Source: Thermoanaerobaculia bacterium
Lineage (GTDB): Bacteria; Acidobacteriota; Thermoanaerobaculia; Multivoradales; Multivoraceae
Direction: 5' to 3'
NCBI GenBank assembly: GCA_963664405.1
Contig: OY761158.1
Span: forward strand, 4,736,001-4,800,000
DNA length: 64,000 nucleotides
Below are positions 30,539 to 40,506 of this stretch, piece by piece. The first letter of the stretch is position 1. Every line of letters begins with the position of its first letter. Below the pieces are notes generated by a model. It ran no database searches. It saw nothing but the letters and a program-made list of their open reading frames with translations, and was not told the origin of the DNA. The position numbers and the translations under genes were made by a program.

Positions 30539-31696
30539 TCAGCTGTCGAGGAGAGCTCTGTAGATGGCTACCAGGCCGTCGGTCTTTACTTCGAGATCGT
30601 AACTCATCATGACCGCCTGGCGGGCGGCGTGGCCCAGGTGGTGCCAAGTCTCAAGATCGCCGAGGATGGTGGAGATCGCTTCGGCCAGCTCGCCGACATG
30701 ATCAGCGGGAACGAGGATTCCGCTGTGTCGGTCGTCGATGAGCTCAGCGCTTCCACCCACATCGGAAGCGATACACGGCAGACCCACGGCCATCGCTTCG
30801 AGAAGAGCAAGCGGAAGGCCCTCCGAGCGCGACGGCAGAACGAAAGCATCGTCCGCCTGCAGGAACGGCAGCACGTTATCGACCGGGCCCCGGTAGTCGA
30901 GCCTTGTTGACTCGAGGCCCTCTTCGTCGAAGATCTGCGCCAGAGAGCCGGAACCGAGGACGAGCAGTGTCGCGCGAGGTAGGCGCAGACGGACCTCGTT
31001 CCAGGCCTCGACCAGAACGTCGACGCCCTTGACGTGCTCGAAACGGCCGACGAAGACCGCGATAGGGCCGTCCGCCGGTAGGCCGAGCTCCCCGCGCAGT
31101 TTGGCGATCTCGCTCGGGCCACCGGCCGGCGTAAAGCGATGACTGTCGACGGCGTTGGCCAGGCGAACGATCTTCGACTCTTCGACGCCGAGCTCGACCA
31201 GCTCCGAGGAGATCGACGAGCTGATGGCGATGAAGCGATCGACGTGATTGACGATGTCGGTCAATCGCCGCCTGCCGAAGGGCTTGCGCAGCAGCCTGCT
31301 GACATCACCCAGCTCTCCCCTGGCGTGGAGCTCGGCGACGACGGGCACCTGCCAGCGCCTCTTCGCCAACAGGGCGAGGCTCGTGGTCGAGAAGAGCTCG
31401 TGACTGTGGATGAGCGACGGCCGAGGCTCGAGGCTCGCCAGAGCCCGACTCCCTCCCCAGAGAAAGCGTAGCGAAGAAGCGAGTCCGGTCTCGCCCGCTC
31501 TGATGCGGTGGACCGGCACACCCTCGACCCTCTCTGTGCCGGGCTCGGAGCCGAGACTGCGGGTCAACACCTCCACGCCGACGCCGCGATCGAGCAAGCG
31601 GGGGCAGACCATCGCCAGTTGACGCTGGATGCCCCCGACCTCCGGGTAGTACCCGTGGCTGATGTGCAGCACATGGGGGCCACTTTCAGTGGGCAT
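30539..31696 (-). CDS. GT4 glycosyltransferase
   Basis: FVGRFEHVKG, EGLPLALLEAMA. Confidence 0.9.
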   Translation of the reverse strand: MPTESGPHVLHISHGYYPEVGGIQRQLAMVCPRLLDRGVGVEVLTRSLGSEPGTERVEGVPVHRIRAGETGLASSLRFLWGGSRALASLEPRPSLIHSHELFSTTSLALLAKRRWQVPVVAELHARGELGDVSRLLRKPFGRRRLTDIVNHVDRFIAISSSISSELVELGVEESKIVRLANAVDSHRFTPAGGPSEIAKLRGELGLPADGPIAVFVGRFEHVKGVDVLVEAWNEVRLRLPRATLLVLGSGSLAQIFDEEGLESTRLDYRGPVDNVLPFLQADDAFVLPSRSEGLPLALLEAMAVGLPCIASDVGGSAELIDDRHSGILVPADHVGELAEAISTILGDLETWHHLGHAARQAVMMSYDLEVKTDGLVAIYRALLDS

Positions 31697-32843
31697 CGGA
31701 AAGAACATCCGCGTAGAGTGCCAGCAGCTTCTCGACCCACTCCCGGGGTCGGGCGTTGGCAGCGACTCGCCGGCGAGCAGCCTGCCCCGCTTGTCGGCGC
31801 CGCTCTGGGTCGTCGAGTAATCGGACGACCGCAGCCGCGATCGCCTCGGGCGAGCCCGGCGCCACCAGCGCGCCGCACTCGGGGCCAATCAGCTGGGGCA
31901 GGTCTCCGGTCGTCGTGGCCACTACCGGCAGGCCGGCCGCCATCGCCTCGAGGACCGCAAGAGGCATGCCCTCGCTTCGAGACGAAGAGACGAAGACGTC
32001 CGCAGCGTCGAGGATGTCGGCAACATCATCCCTGGCGCCAAGCAGCCGGATGCCCCCGGTCGGCACGGCCGTAGCCACCTGCGAGCGAAGCTCTTCGCGC
32101 AGCTCGCCGTCCCCAACAACGAGAAGCTGCGCATCGGGGTGCTGTTGAGAGATCAGACGTTGCGCAGCGAAGAGGTCGGGGTAGGCCTTGATCGCAGCCA
32201 ATCTTCCCACGGCCACGATTACAGTCGCCGAGGAGCCGATGCCGAGTTTGCGTCGCATCTCCACCCTGTGCCCGAACTCCGGCCTTGCCGAAACGGCGAC
32301 TACATTGGGGATGGTGACGACGGGTACCGGCGCGTAGCGCGCCCGGTTCGCCTCGGCTACGCTCTCAGCCACCGCAACGATCCGGTCGGCGCATCGGCGT
32401 AGGGACCAGTCTTCGAGCAGCTGACGCCAGGGATGGCGAGTGTCTCGAGCGCTTGCATGCAAGGAGGCGACGGTGGGGAGACCGCCGCGCCGAGCGCATA
32501 CGAGGCCGATCGTATTCGCGTAGGCGAGATGGGTGTGTACGAGGTCGAAGCGCTGCGAGGACAGCCAGGCTGCGAGATCGCGAATGCGACCGGGGCTGAT
32601 CAGGCGGCGACCCGGGAAACGGAAGATGGGGATCTCTAGCCGGTCCAGCTCCCGCGTGTAGGGGGCTTCTAGCTCGCGTGAGTCGTTGAGCTCGACGATC
32701 GTCAGGCGGGCCTCCGCCGGCTCCAAATATTCGGCTAGCGTCACCAGAAGACGCTCAGCGCCTCCCCAGTCGAGCGAGTCCACGATATGGACGAGACGTA
32801 GCTCGGAGGCCAAGTCGATCGCGGAGGGTGCGCCCGCTAGCAT
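31686..32843 (-). CDS. GT4 glycosyltransferase
   Basis: GGAERLL, VGRLAAIK, EGMPLAVLEAMA. Confidence 0.9.
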   Translation of the reverse strand: MLAGAPSAIDLASELRLVHIVDSLDWGGAERLLVTLAEYLEPAEARLTIVELNDSRELEAPYTRELDRLEIPIFRFPGRRLISPGRIRDLAAWLSSQRFDLVHTHLAYANTIGLVCARRGGLPTVASLHASARDTRHPWRQLLEDWSLRRCADRIVAVAESVAEANRARYAPVPVVTIPNVVAVSARPEFGHRVEMRRKLGIGSSATVIVAVGRLAAIKAYPDLFAAQRLISQQHPDAQLLVVGDGELREELRSQVATAVPTGGIRLLGARDDVADILDAADVFVSSSRSEGMPLAVLEAMAAGLPVVATTTGDLPQLIGPECGALVAPGSPEAIAAAVVRLLDDPERRRQAGQAARRRVAANARPREWVEKLLALYADVLSDAH

Positions 32844-33577
32844 GCACCGCGCTGGCGCAGTACGGCAGGGACCGTGCGTAGCAAGATCTTCATATCGAGC
32901 AGCAGCCCGCGCCGGCGTGAGTACTCGACGTCGTACGCCACCCACTGATCGAAGTCGGTCTCGCCGCGCGCGAGCACCTGCCAGAGGCCAGTCAAGCCCT
33001 GCGGCACGTCGAGGCGGCGATGCTCGCCAGGCCCATAGGTCTCTGGGGGAAAAGACGTCGGTCGCGGCCCCACCAGACTCATGTCGCCGCGGAGCACGTT
33101 GAGCAGCTGGGGTAGCTCGTCGAGGCTGGTGCGCCGCAACGCGCGCCCGAACGGAGTGATACGGGGGTTCATCTCCTCTTTGACCGGACGCCAGGGGCCC
33201 TGGTAGACGTCGGGGACCAGGCCACCTTCGCTGATCGAATCTTCCCGGGTAATCATGGTGCGGAACTTATACATCCCAAATCGACAGCCACCGCGACCGG
33301 TGCGCATCTGGCAGTAGAAGACCGCCTGTTGCAGCGACGACAGCCGAGCCACGATCGCGACGACGCCGAGAAGTGGCAACCAGATCGGTGAGGTCGCGAG
33401 CACGAGTACCACATCGAGCGCCCGCTTGGTCCGCTCGTAGCTCGCTGCGTCTTGTGGGCGGGCCAATGCGCAGCGCTCGACCCAGCGCGGAAGAGTCGGC
33501 GAGGCTCCAGCATCTGGCGCACCCGCCTCTTCAAGGACCACCGGCTCCTCCCCCGCGGCTGCGGGAAACGAAGCTAA
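32837..33577 (-). CDS. Priming sugar (phosphoglycosyl) transferase, 5' end cut by IS
   Basis: KRALD, YKFRTM, RRTSLDELPQLLNVLRGDMSLVGPRP, GLTGLWQV. Confidence 0.88.
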   Translation of the reverse strand, partial: LASFPAAAGEEPVVLEEAGAPDAGASPTLPRWVERCALARPQDAASYERTKRALDVVLVLATSPIWLPLLGVVAIVARLSSLQQAVFYCQMRTGRGGCRFGMYKFRTMITREDSISEGGLVPDVYQGPWRPVKEEMNPRITPFGRALRRTSLDELPQLLNVLRGDMSLVGPRPTSFPPETYGPGEHRRLDVPQGLTGLWQVLARGETDFDQWVAYDVEYSRRRGLLLDMKILLRTVPAVLRQRGAC

Positions 33578-35582
33578 GGGTCGGCGCGGAAATAAGTTTC
33601 CAGTATCTGGGGTGACCATACCACTGCCCCCTTCTTCAGCCACCGCATAATCCTCCGGTACGCGCCTTGTTTGCAAGGTTTAGAGCTAGCATAGCCCTGC
33701 CCGCATTTGGTATAGTTTTCCCTGTCACCTCTTTTGGAAGGGGAACTATACCAAATGGTACGAGCCGAAGATCGTGATGCAACAGTGCGCGAGCTCTTGA
33801 TGAGCGAACAGATGGCCACCATGGATGAGCTCAAGGACGCCATGGGAACCCGAGCCACCATGACGGTCTACCGTTCGCTGTCTCGATTGGGCTATTTGGC
33901 CAGCTACTCGGATCGAGGGCGGTTCTATACCTTGAACGAGATTCCCGATTTCGACGATCTGGGTTTGTGGTCGTGCGGTTCGGCGAGGTTCAGTCGGCAT
34001 GGCAGCCTCCTCGAAACTGCGGTGGCTGCCGTGGACCGGTCCGCTGCCGGCTATACGGCTTCTGAACTCGAGCTCCTGCTGCAGGTCGAGGTCAAGCACG
34101 CGATGTTGCACCTCGTTCGTCGCAAGAGAATCGTACGATCCAGAGTTGGGAAGAGGTTCGTATACTTGTGCTCGGAAACAGGGCGCCGTCGTCAGCAGAA
34201 GCTGATGCGCAACGAACGGCAGGCTCTCCAGGATGTAGCTGCCAGCCTCGTTCCAGAAGTGCTCCCCGAGGAGCTCAGGGCTGCCATCGTTTTATTCTTC
34301 AGCCTGCTAGACGAACGCCAGCGGCGGCTCTTCGCTGGCCTGGAAGCGACCAAGCTCGGGCATGGCGGCGACCGGAAGATCGCCGATCTTCTGGACCTGG
34401 ACCCTCATACAGTCGCAAAAGGACGTCGCGAGCTCTTCGGCGGCTCCGTGGAGCGCGGAAGAGTTCGAAGAGCAGGCGGTGGCAACCAACGAGTGGAAAA
34501 AAAACGCCCGAGATAGTCGATGGAATCCATTCCATACTCGAGGCCGATATAGCTGGTGATCCCATGTCATCAAAAAGATGGACGCACGAGACCGCTGCAA
34601 AGGTGGCCCAATGCCTTGCCGAACGCCTTGACATCATCGTATCGGCTACGGTGGTGCGTCGATTGCTCGCAGACCTGAACTATTCCCTCAAGAGCAATAG
34701 GAAATGTCTGTCTTCGGGGAACTCCCCAGATCGTGATGCACAGTTCAAGGCCATCAAGCGACTGCGCGAGGATTTCACAAGCGCTGGCGACCCGATCATC
34801 AGCGTCGATACGAAGAAGAAGGAGCTGATCGGTCGGTTCAAGAACCAGGGACAGACATGGTGCCGCGAGGCCAAGCGGGTCAAGGATCACGACTTCCGGT
34901 CCGAAGCTCTCGCCATCGCCTCCCCCTATGGGATCTACGATCTTCAGAGGAACTTCGGCGTTCTCGTCCTCGGACAGTCGTCGGACACGCCGGAGTTCGC
35001 TGTCAACAGCATCGCGACCTGGTGGCTCAAATACGGTCGATCTCACTATCCGGCGTCTCAGCGTCTCCTCATTCTTGCCGACAGCGGCGCAAGCAACGGC
35101 GCACGGCTTCGAGCCTGGAAGAAGTACCTCCAGGAGAAGCTCGTAGACAAGTGCGGCCTCATCATCACCGTCGCCCACTATCCAACTGGCACCAGTAAAT
35201 GGAATCCCATCGAGCACAGGATGTTCAGCGAGATCAGCAAGAACTGGGCCGGAGTTCCTCTCGAGAGTTTCGAGATCCTCGTCAACCTCGTCCGCAACAC
35301 GACGACATCCACCGGACTGCGCGTCGAGCCGTGCCGTGATCAACGCCAATACCAGAAAGGAGTCAGGGTATCGGACAAGGAAATGCTGCAGCTCGCGGTG
35401 GCCAGGAGCGACTTCCTAGGAAAGTGGAACTACACCCTCTCGCCGAGACCGCGAACCGAGCAGGAAGAGCTTGCCCCACAGCCTGGGCTCAGCTCACCAC
35501 CACCTCCAATGCAGCGACCGCCCTGTGGCGCCTCGGCCTCACACGCTCCGGCGATAATGTGAAGTTATTTCCGCGCCGACCC
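33578..35582 (+). mobile_element. ISAzo13-family insertion sequence, copy 2
   Basis: Same IRs; TAA on both sides; identical protein translations to copy 1; one SNP noticed (22115 vs 33719). Confidence 0.93.
33755..35562 (+). CDS. tnp: ISAzo13 transposase, orfA/orfB joined by -1 frameshift
   Basis: As copy 1; A8 run at 34497-34504. Confidence 0.88.
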
Positions 35583-35793
35583 TAAGCGCCCGCAACGAAT
35601 ACCCGAGCCGAGCGCATCGACCGACGACGACCGCGAGACCCAGCGCCAGCAGGATCGTCTTGACCACCGGCGGGCCGGGCCACCACTGCGCGTCGTCTCC
35701 GAGCCTCAAGTAGATCGCTGCCACGAGGAGTAGGAGCGGCCAGTCGCTTCTCAGCAACCGATCCAAGCGCGTCTTCGAAGCGGAATCAGGCAA
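35583..35793 (-). pseudogene. 5' part of the O-antigen ligase/Wzy-like gene
   Basis: Hydrophobic N-terminus ending YSLRAL, continuing in frame as RRPAIPLAVW at 22259. Confidence 0.8.
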
Positions 35794-37024
35794 GGTCTGG
35801 ACTCCTGCCGCGGATCAAACGCCCGAGGGCCAGACCGGTCTGCCGGATGTCGTACTCCTCCTCCACCAGTCGACGGCCTCGTCGTGCGAGCGCTCGCGCC
35901 GCGGGGTAGTCGCTGGCAACAGACTCGAGAGCGTCGGCGAGAGCCGCGGCATCGGCCACCGGCACGAGGATGCCGGTCTCACCTGGGCGCACGAGCTCCG
36001 GGATGCCGGTGAGGTCCGATGCGATCACCGGCAGCTCACAGGCGAGAGCCTCCATCAAGGCCACGGGTAGACCCTCGCGCTTGCCCGAGGGCATCCTGAT
36101 GCTGGGCTGCGTATAGCAGTGGGCGGTGGGGAGGATCGTGGCAATTTCATCTTGGGTACGCGGGCCCAGAAGCGCGACCTGTTCTCCGAGCCCGTTCTCT
36201 TCGATGGTCTGCTGCAGAGCCCGCCCGAGAGGGCCGCCGCCGACGATCCGGCATCGGAAGGCAACTCCACGGTGTTGCAGATCGAGACATGCTTGGAGAA
36301 GGTACTCGAAACCCTTATAGAGTTCCAGGCTGCCGATGGAGAGAATCTCGAGAGGACCTCGATCGGCCTGCCAGGGAGCGGCGGGGCGGTAGCGGCCGAC
36401 CTCGATGCCGCAGCGGACGACGTGAGTTTTCTCCGCAGCCCAGCTTCCGATCACGTTCTCGATGAAGCGATGATTGTGATGGCTGACGGTGATGAGGAAG
36501 GCGGCGTCCCGCAGCTTGGCAGCGAGCATGGAGCGGTCGACGAAGATGTCATGTGCGTGCATCGTGATGCTATAGGGCACCCCGGTCATGTGGTGGACGA
36601 TCCACGCCATCAGCGCCGAATGAGTGGCGTAATGAACATGCAGGTGAGCGATGTCCGAGCGCCTCACCCACCGGCTCGCCGCCATCGCTTTCGGCAGGAT
36701 GACCGCCGCGCGCAGGAGAAATCCTGGGCTCGAGCGGTTTCCCCACAAAGCCTCCCAGGCCAGCTTCGAGGCGCGAAGGGGTCGGCGAGCAACGGCGGTT
36801 GCGGCGGCGAGCCAGGTGGACGGCGCTGTCAGTGACAGTTCGACGACGAGATCAGAAAGGGCCCCTGCCTCGCTGTGGGCGATCGATGGCCGCTCCACGA
36901 TCAGAGGCAGGATGTGCAGGTCCCAGCCGCGACGCCGCATCTCGCAGATCTCGCGCAGAATGAAGGTCTCGGTCAGCAGCGGAAAGCGCGACGGGATGTA
37001 GGCGAGACGGGGGTTGGCGCTCAC
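35786..37024 (-). CDS. GT4 glycosyltransferase (WcaL-like)
   Basis: RFPLLTETFILREI, YSITMHAHDIF, EGLPVALMEALA. Confidence 0.9.
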   Translation of the reverse strand: MSANPRLAYIPSRFPLLTETFILREICEMRRRGWDLHILPLIVERPSIAHSEAGALSDLVVELSLTAPSTWLAAATAVARRPLRASKLAWEALWGNRSSPGFLLRAAVILPKAMAASRWVRRSDIAHLHVHYATHSALMAWIVHHMTGVPYSITMHAHDIFVDRSMLAAKLRDAAFLITVSHHNHRFIENVIGSWAAEKTHVVRCGIEVGRYRPAAPWQADRGPLEILSIGSLELYKGFEYLLQACLDLQHRGVAFRCRIVGGGPLGRALQQTIEENGLGEQVALLGPRTQDEIATILPTAHCYTQPSIRMPSGKREGLPVALMEALACELPVIASDLTGIPELVRPGETGILVPVADAAALADALESVASDYPAARALARRGRRLVEEEYDIRQTGLALGRLIRGRSPDLA

Positions 37025-39066
37025 CCCTTGCGCCTCCTTCCGAGCCAATTCGGTGGCGGGACCCGGCTGTCCATTCCCACCGGACCCCAGCTTGCCGGGC
37101 GCGTCCTCTTGCTCCAGCGCACGATCCCCTCGCGCGGCCAGATCCTCATGTAGGACGTTGGGACATACTTACCCTCGTCGAAGAGTTGGCGGCGCGTGAC
37201 AGAGGTTTTGAGAGCGAGGGCGGTCGACGTTTCATCGCGGCCTATCCGCAGGAGAGCCCCGCCGTTGGCGGTGGCGAATCGCCCGCGGAGACTGTGGTGA
37301 GGAGTGATGAACTCGAGCCCGGGATCTTCCATCCAGCCTTCTCCGACCATCGCCTTTACGCCCGGGTTCGCCGCTGCCAGGTCGGCGAGCCGATGCATGG
37401 AGTCGACGTAGTCCTTGCCCATTTCGCCTCCCGCCAGAACGTGGGTGTGTGCCTGGTAGACAGGGGTGAGGCCGCGAGCCGCCACTCGGAGGACTCGAAG
37501 GAGTTGGACGAAGCTCACTGGACGATATTTCGCGAGCTCGCTGCGCCCCGGCCCGTCACTCACTTCGACCGAGAGTTCTCCGAGCGGTATGAGTCGAGAG
37601 CTGAGAACCGCGAGGTCTTTGAGGAACTCGTCGCTCTCGAGGCTGTAGTGGGCGTCTTCGAGTGTGGTCATCTGGCGCAGGATTCGAGCTGCATGAACTA
37701 GGACCACGCTTCGTATGCTAGTCGGGATTCTGAGCGTTTCGTGTCGAGGGTCCGCGTTGGTGATCAGCCAGGCGAGTGCGAAGCGGTTATAGGCCGCGAC
37801 CAGCTCAGGGCGTGTCGAGGCGATGGTCGACTCCGCCAACAGCATCTCTGGCGGTGGCTCGCGATAGGTCGCCGTCGGAGTCTTCGGCAGCGCCAGAGCG
37901 GCATACTGTTCAGGCTCGATCGCATCGTCCTGCGCTCCGGCGAAGCCGCTGATGCGCTTTCGCAGCGACTCACACAGCTCGTCGGCTGCGGATCTCGAGT
38001 CCTCAGGCGCGACCCGAGGTGTGGCGGCTCCGGTCGGCCCATCGAGGAGATGTCCGTGTCTGTTGCGGCCGTAGTATTGAGCAGGAGGTACTCGACTCTC
38101 CATCCCCACCTCTCCCCAGCTCGCCAGTCGGCTGCGCCGACTCCAGGCCACCATGGCGTCGCGGGGCCACAGCCGCAGGTAGTTGGTCGGCACATACTTT
38201 CCCTCTTCGTAGAGTTGACGTCGCGTTCGCGAGTTGGCCAGGGCGTGGGCGGTCGACGCCTCGTCGCGACCCAGCCGGAAGATGCTGCCTCCGTTGCGGA
38301 TCGTGACGCGCCACCTCATGCTGTGGTGAGGGGTGACGAACTCGAGAGCCGGATCGACCATCCAGCTATTCCCTGCGAGGCCCTTCAAGTGGGTATTCGC
38401 CGCAACGATGTCGGCCAACCGGTGGTGGCCGGTGATGTAGCTTCGGTCATTGCGCTCGCCCAATGAGAGAAGGTGATTGTGAGCGACGACCATAGGCCCC
38501 CTGCCGCGGAGCCGGTAGAGCGCCCACAGCGCTCGCAATGCCTGCAGCGGGCCGTCGCCCGTCAAGATCCTGCGGGTCGGTCCCCTGTGCACATCCATGG
38601 AGCTCTCGCCGAAAGGGACCAGTCTGAAGAGAAGGGTCGCCAGATCCTTGACGTAGGCATCTGTTGAGAGATCGTAGGCCTCGTCGGCCAGCCGCTCCAT
38701 CTGACGCAGGATGCGAGCGAAGTGGACCGGGTAGAGGGCGAGAATGCTCCATGGCAGCTGCAGCGCACTGCGTGAGGGGTCGCTGCTGAGGATCAACCAG
38801 GCGAGCATGAAGCGGTTGTAGAGAGGTAGGAGATCGCTCTTCTTCGCCGCGATCTCCGACGACGCCGCCAACAGCTCCTCGGGTAGGCGGTTGTAGTGAG
38901 ACGACGAGATCTCAGCCAACGACAGTGCCGCGTATTGCTCGGGGGCCGGCAGGTCGCCGTCTGGGCCGCCACCCGTTTCCGCGATGCGCTCGCGCAGAGA
39001 CGCGCAGAGATCGGTTGCCTCGCGGCGTAGATCGGCTAGGTCGTGGACTGGATGTTCAGGGAACAA
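37021..39066 (-). CDS. Hypothetical protein made of two tandem ~330-aa homologous domains
   Basis: Repeated motifs PEQYAAL, YNRF.LAWLI, KDLA, HRLAD, WM.DP.LEF.TPHHS, TRRQL.EGKYVPT.Y.R.WPR, SWG.VGM.SRVPP. Confidence 0.8.
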   Translation of the reverse strand: MFPEHPVHDLADLRREATDLCASLRERIAETGGGPDGDLPAPEQYAALSLAEISSSHYNRLPEELLAASSEIAAKKSDLLPLYNRFMLAWLILSSDPSRSALQLPWSILALYPVHFARILRQMERLADEAYDLSTDAYVKDLATLLFRLVPFGESSMDVHRGPTRRILTGDGPLQALRALWALYRLRGRGPMVVAHNHLLSLGERNDRSYITGHHRLADIVAANTHLKGLAGNSWMVDPALEFVTPHHSMRWRVTIRNGGSIFRLGRDEASTAHALANSRTRRQLYEEGKYVPTNYLRLWPRDAMVAWSRRSRLASWGEVGMESRVPPAQYYGRNRHGHLLDGPTGAATPRVAPEDSRSAADELCESLRKRISGFAGAQDDAIEPEQYAALALPKTPTATYREPPPEMLLAESTIASTRPELVAAYNRFALAWLITNADPRHETLRIPTSIRSVVLVHAARILRQMTTLEDAHYSLESDEFLKDLAVLSSRLIPLGELSVEVSDGPGRSELAKYRPVSFVQLLRVLRVAARGLTPVYQAHTHVLAGGEMGKDYVDSMHRLADLAAANPGVKAMVGEGWMEDPGLEFITPHHSLRGRFATANGGALLRIGRDETSTALALKTSVTRRQLFDEGKYVPTSYMRIWPREGIVRWSKRTRPASWGPVGMDSRVPPPNWLGRRRKG

Positions 39067-39116
39067 GATTGACCGATCTCGGCTGTCGTCTGTGACTCGG
39101 TTAGTCTACGTTGAGA

Positions 39117-40505
39117 ATGACGACACCCGAGCAGGCTCTGACTGAGCTATGGCAGCTCGCCGGCGGGCCAGCCGAGGCGCTCGACTCCGCCATTCTTCGC
39201 GGCGAAGAGCCGGTGCTACCTTCCATCTTTCGCGTCGGTACCGCGGCTGCCGCGACCACCGCGGCTTCGGGCTTGGCGGCGAGCGAGCTCTGGCGCTTGC
39301 GCAGCGGCCGCCGTCAGACCGTGACTGTCGACATGCGGGCTGCGGCGATCGCTTTTCGGGCCGAGCGTTACCTTCGCATCGACGACGGCCCGCCGCCTAG
39401 CGGCTGGGATGATCTCGCCGGCTACTACCAGACCGGCGATGGTCGCTGGATCCAGCTCCACACCAACTTTCCCCACCATCGCGCCGGCGCCCTCGAGGTT
39501 CTCGACTGCGAGCCCAACCGTGACGCGGTGGCCAAGGCCTTGTGCGGCTGGGAGGGGGCTGCGATCGACGACGCCCTCGCCGAGCGCGGTCTCTGTGCCG
39601 CCCTCATGCGCAGCAGCGAGGAGTGGAGCCGGCATCCGCACGCCGTCGAGCTCGCGACCCTGCCCGTATTCGAGATCGAGCGCATCGGTGATGCCGACCC
39701 CGAGCCGCTGCCCGCTGCCGATCGGCCGCTGGCCGGCGTGCGCGTGCTCGACCTCACCCGGGTGATCGCCGGACCCGTATGTGGTCGCGAGCTCGCTTCG
39801 CATGGTGCGACGGTGCTGCGGGTGTCGGGTCCGCATCTGCCAAGCCTTCCCGCGCTGGTGATCGAGAGCGGGCGCGGCAAGCACTCGACCTTCATCGACC
39901 TGCGTCAGGAGGAGGGCCGCGACCGCCTCCGCGCCCTGGTACGCGAGGCCGACGTCTTCGTCCAGGGCTATCGACCCGGCGCCATAGCGGGGCGCGGTTT
40001 CTCGCCCGAAGAGCTCGCCCGCGAGCGCCCCGGGATCGTTTGCGTTTCGCTCTCCGCCTATGGGCGCAAGGGCCCGTGGTCCGGGCGCCGCGGCTTCGAC
40101 AGTCTGGTCCAGGTCGCCACCGGCATCGCCGACGCGGGTAGCCGCGCCGCCGGGGTCGACGGGCCCAAGCCGCTCCCTTGCCAGGCGCTCGATCACGGCT
40201 CGGGCTTCCTCTGCGCCTTCGGGGCGATGATGGGTCTCGTGAAGCGTTGCGAGGAAGGGGGCAGCTGGCACGTCAGGCTCTCGCTGGCGCAGACCGGGCG
40301 TTGGATCGAGAGCCTCGGGTGTATCGATGCTCTCGGCTACCCCGATCCCGGCGCGGAAGATGTCGCCGATCTCTTGGATACCGTCGAATCTCCCTTCGGG
40401 AAGGTCACCTACGTGCGCTCGCCGGTGGGCCTGGGAGAGACTCCTCCTCTCTGGGAGAGTCCTCCAGTCCCGCTGGGAACCCATCCGCCGGAATGGCCGA
40501 GGTAA
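39117..40505 (+). CDS. CoA-transferase family III (CaiB/BaiF)
   Basis: [36 protein letters not shown]. Confidence 0.9.
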   Translation: MTTPEQALTELWQLAGGPAEALDSAILRGEEPVLPSIFRVGTAAAATTAASGLAASELWRLRSGRRQTVTVDMRAAAIAFRAERYLRIDDGPPPSGWDDLAGYYQTGDGRWIQLHTNFPHHRAGALEVLDCEPNRDAVAKALCGWEGAAIDDALAERGLCAALMRSSEEWSRHPHAVELATLPVFEIERIGDADPEPLPAADRPLAGVRVLDLTRVIAGPVCGRELASHGATVLRVSGPHLPSLPALVIESGRGKHSTFIDLRQEEGRDRLRALVREADVFVQGYRPGAIAGRGFSPEELARERPGIVCVSLSAYGRKGPWSGRRGFDSLVQVATGIADAGSRAAGVDGPKPLPCQALDHGSGFLCAFGAMMGLVKRCEEGGSWHVRLSLAQTGRWIESLGCIDALGYPDPGAEDVADLLDTVESPFGKVTYVRSPVGLGETPPLWESPPVPLGTHPPEWPR

Positions 40506-40506
40506 G

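Noticed and set aside
20252-35582. Composite transposon carrying the polysaccharide genes
   Set aside because: Genes are split across both IS boundaries and the locus continues outside, so the ISs inserted into a resident cluster
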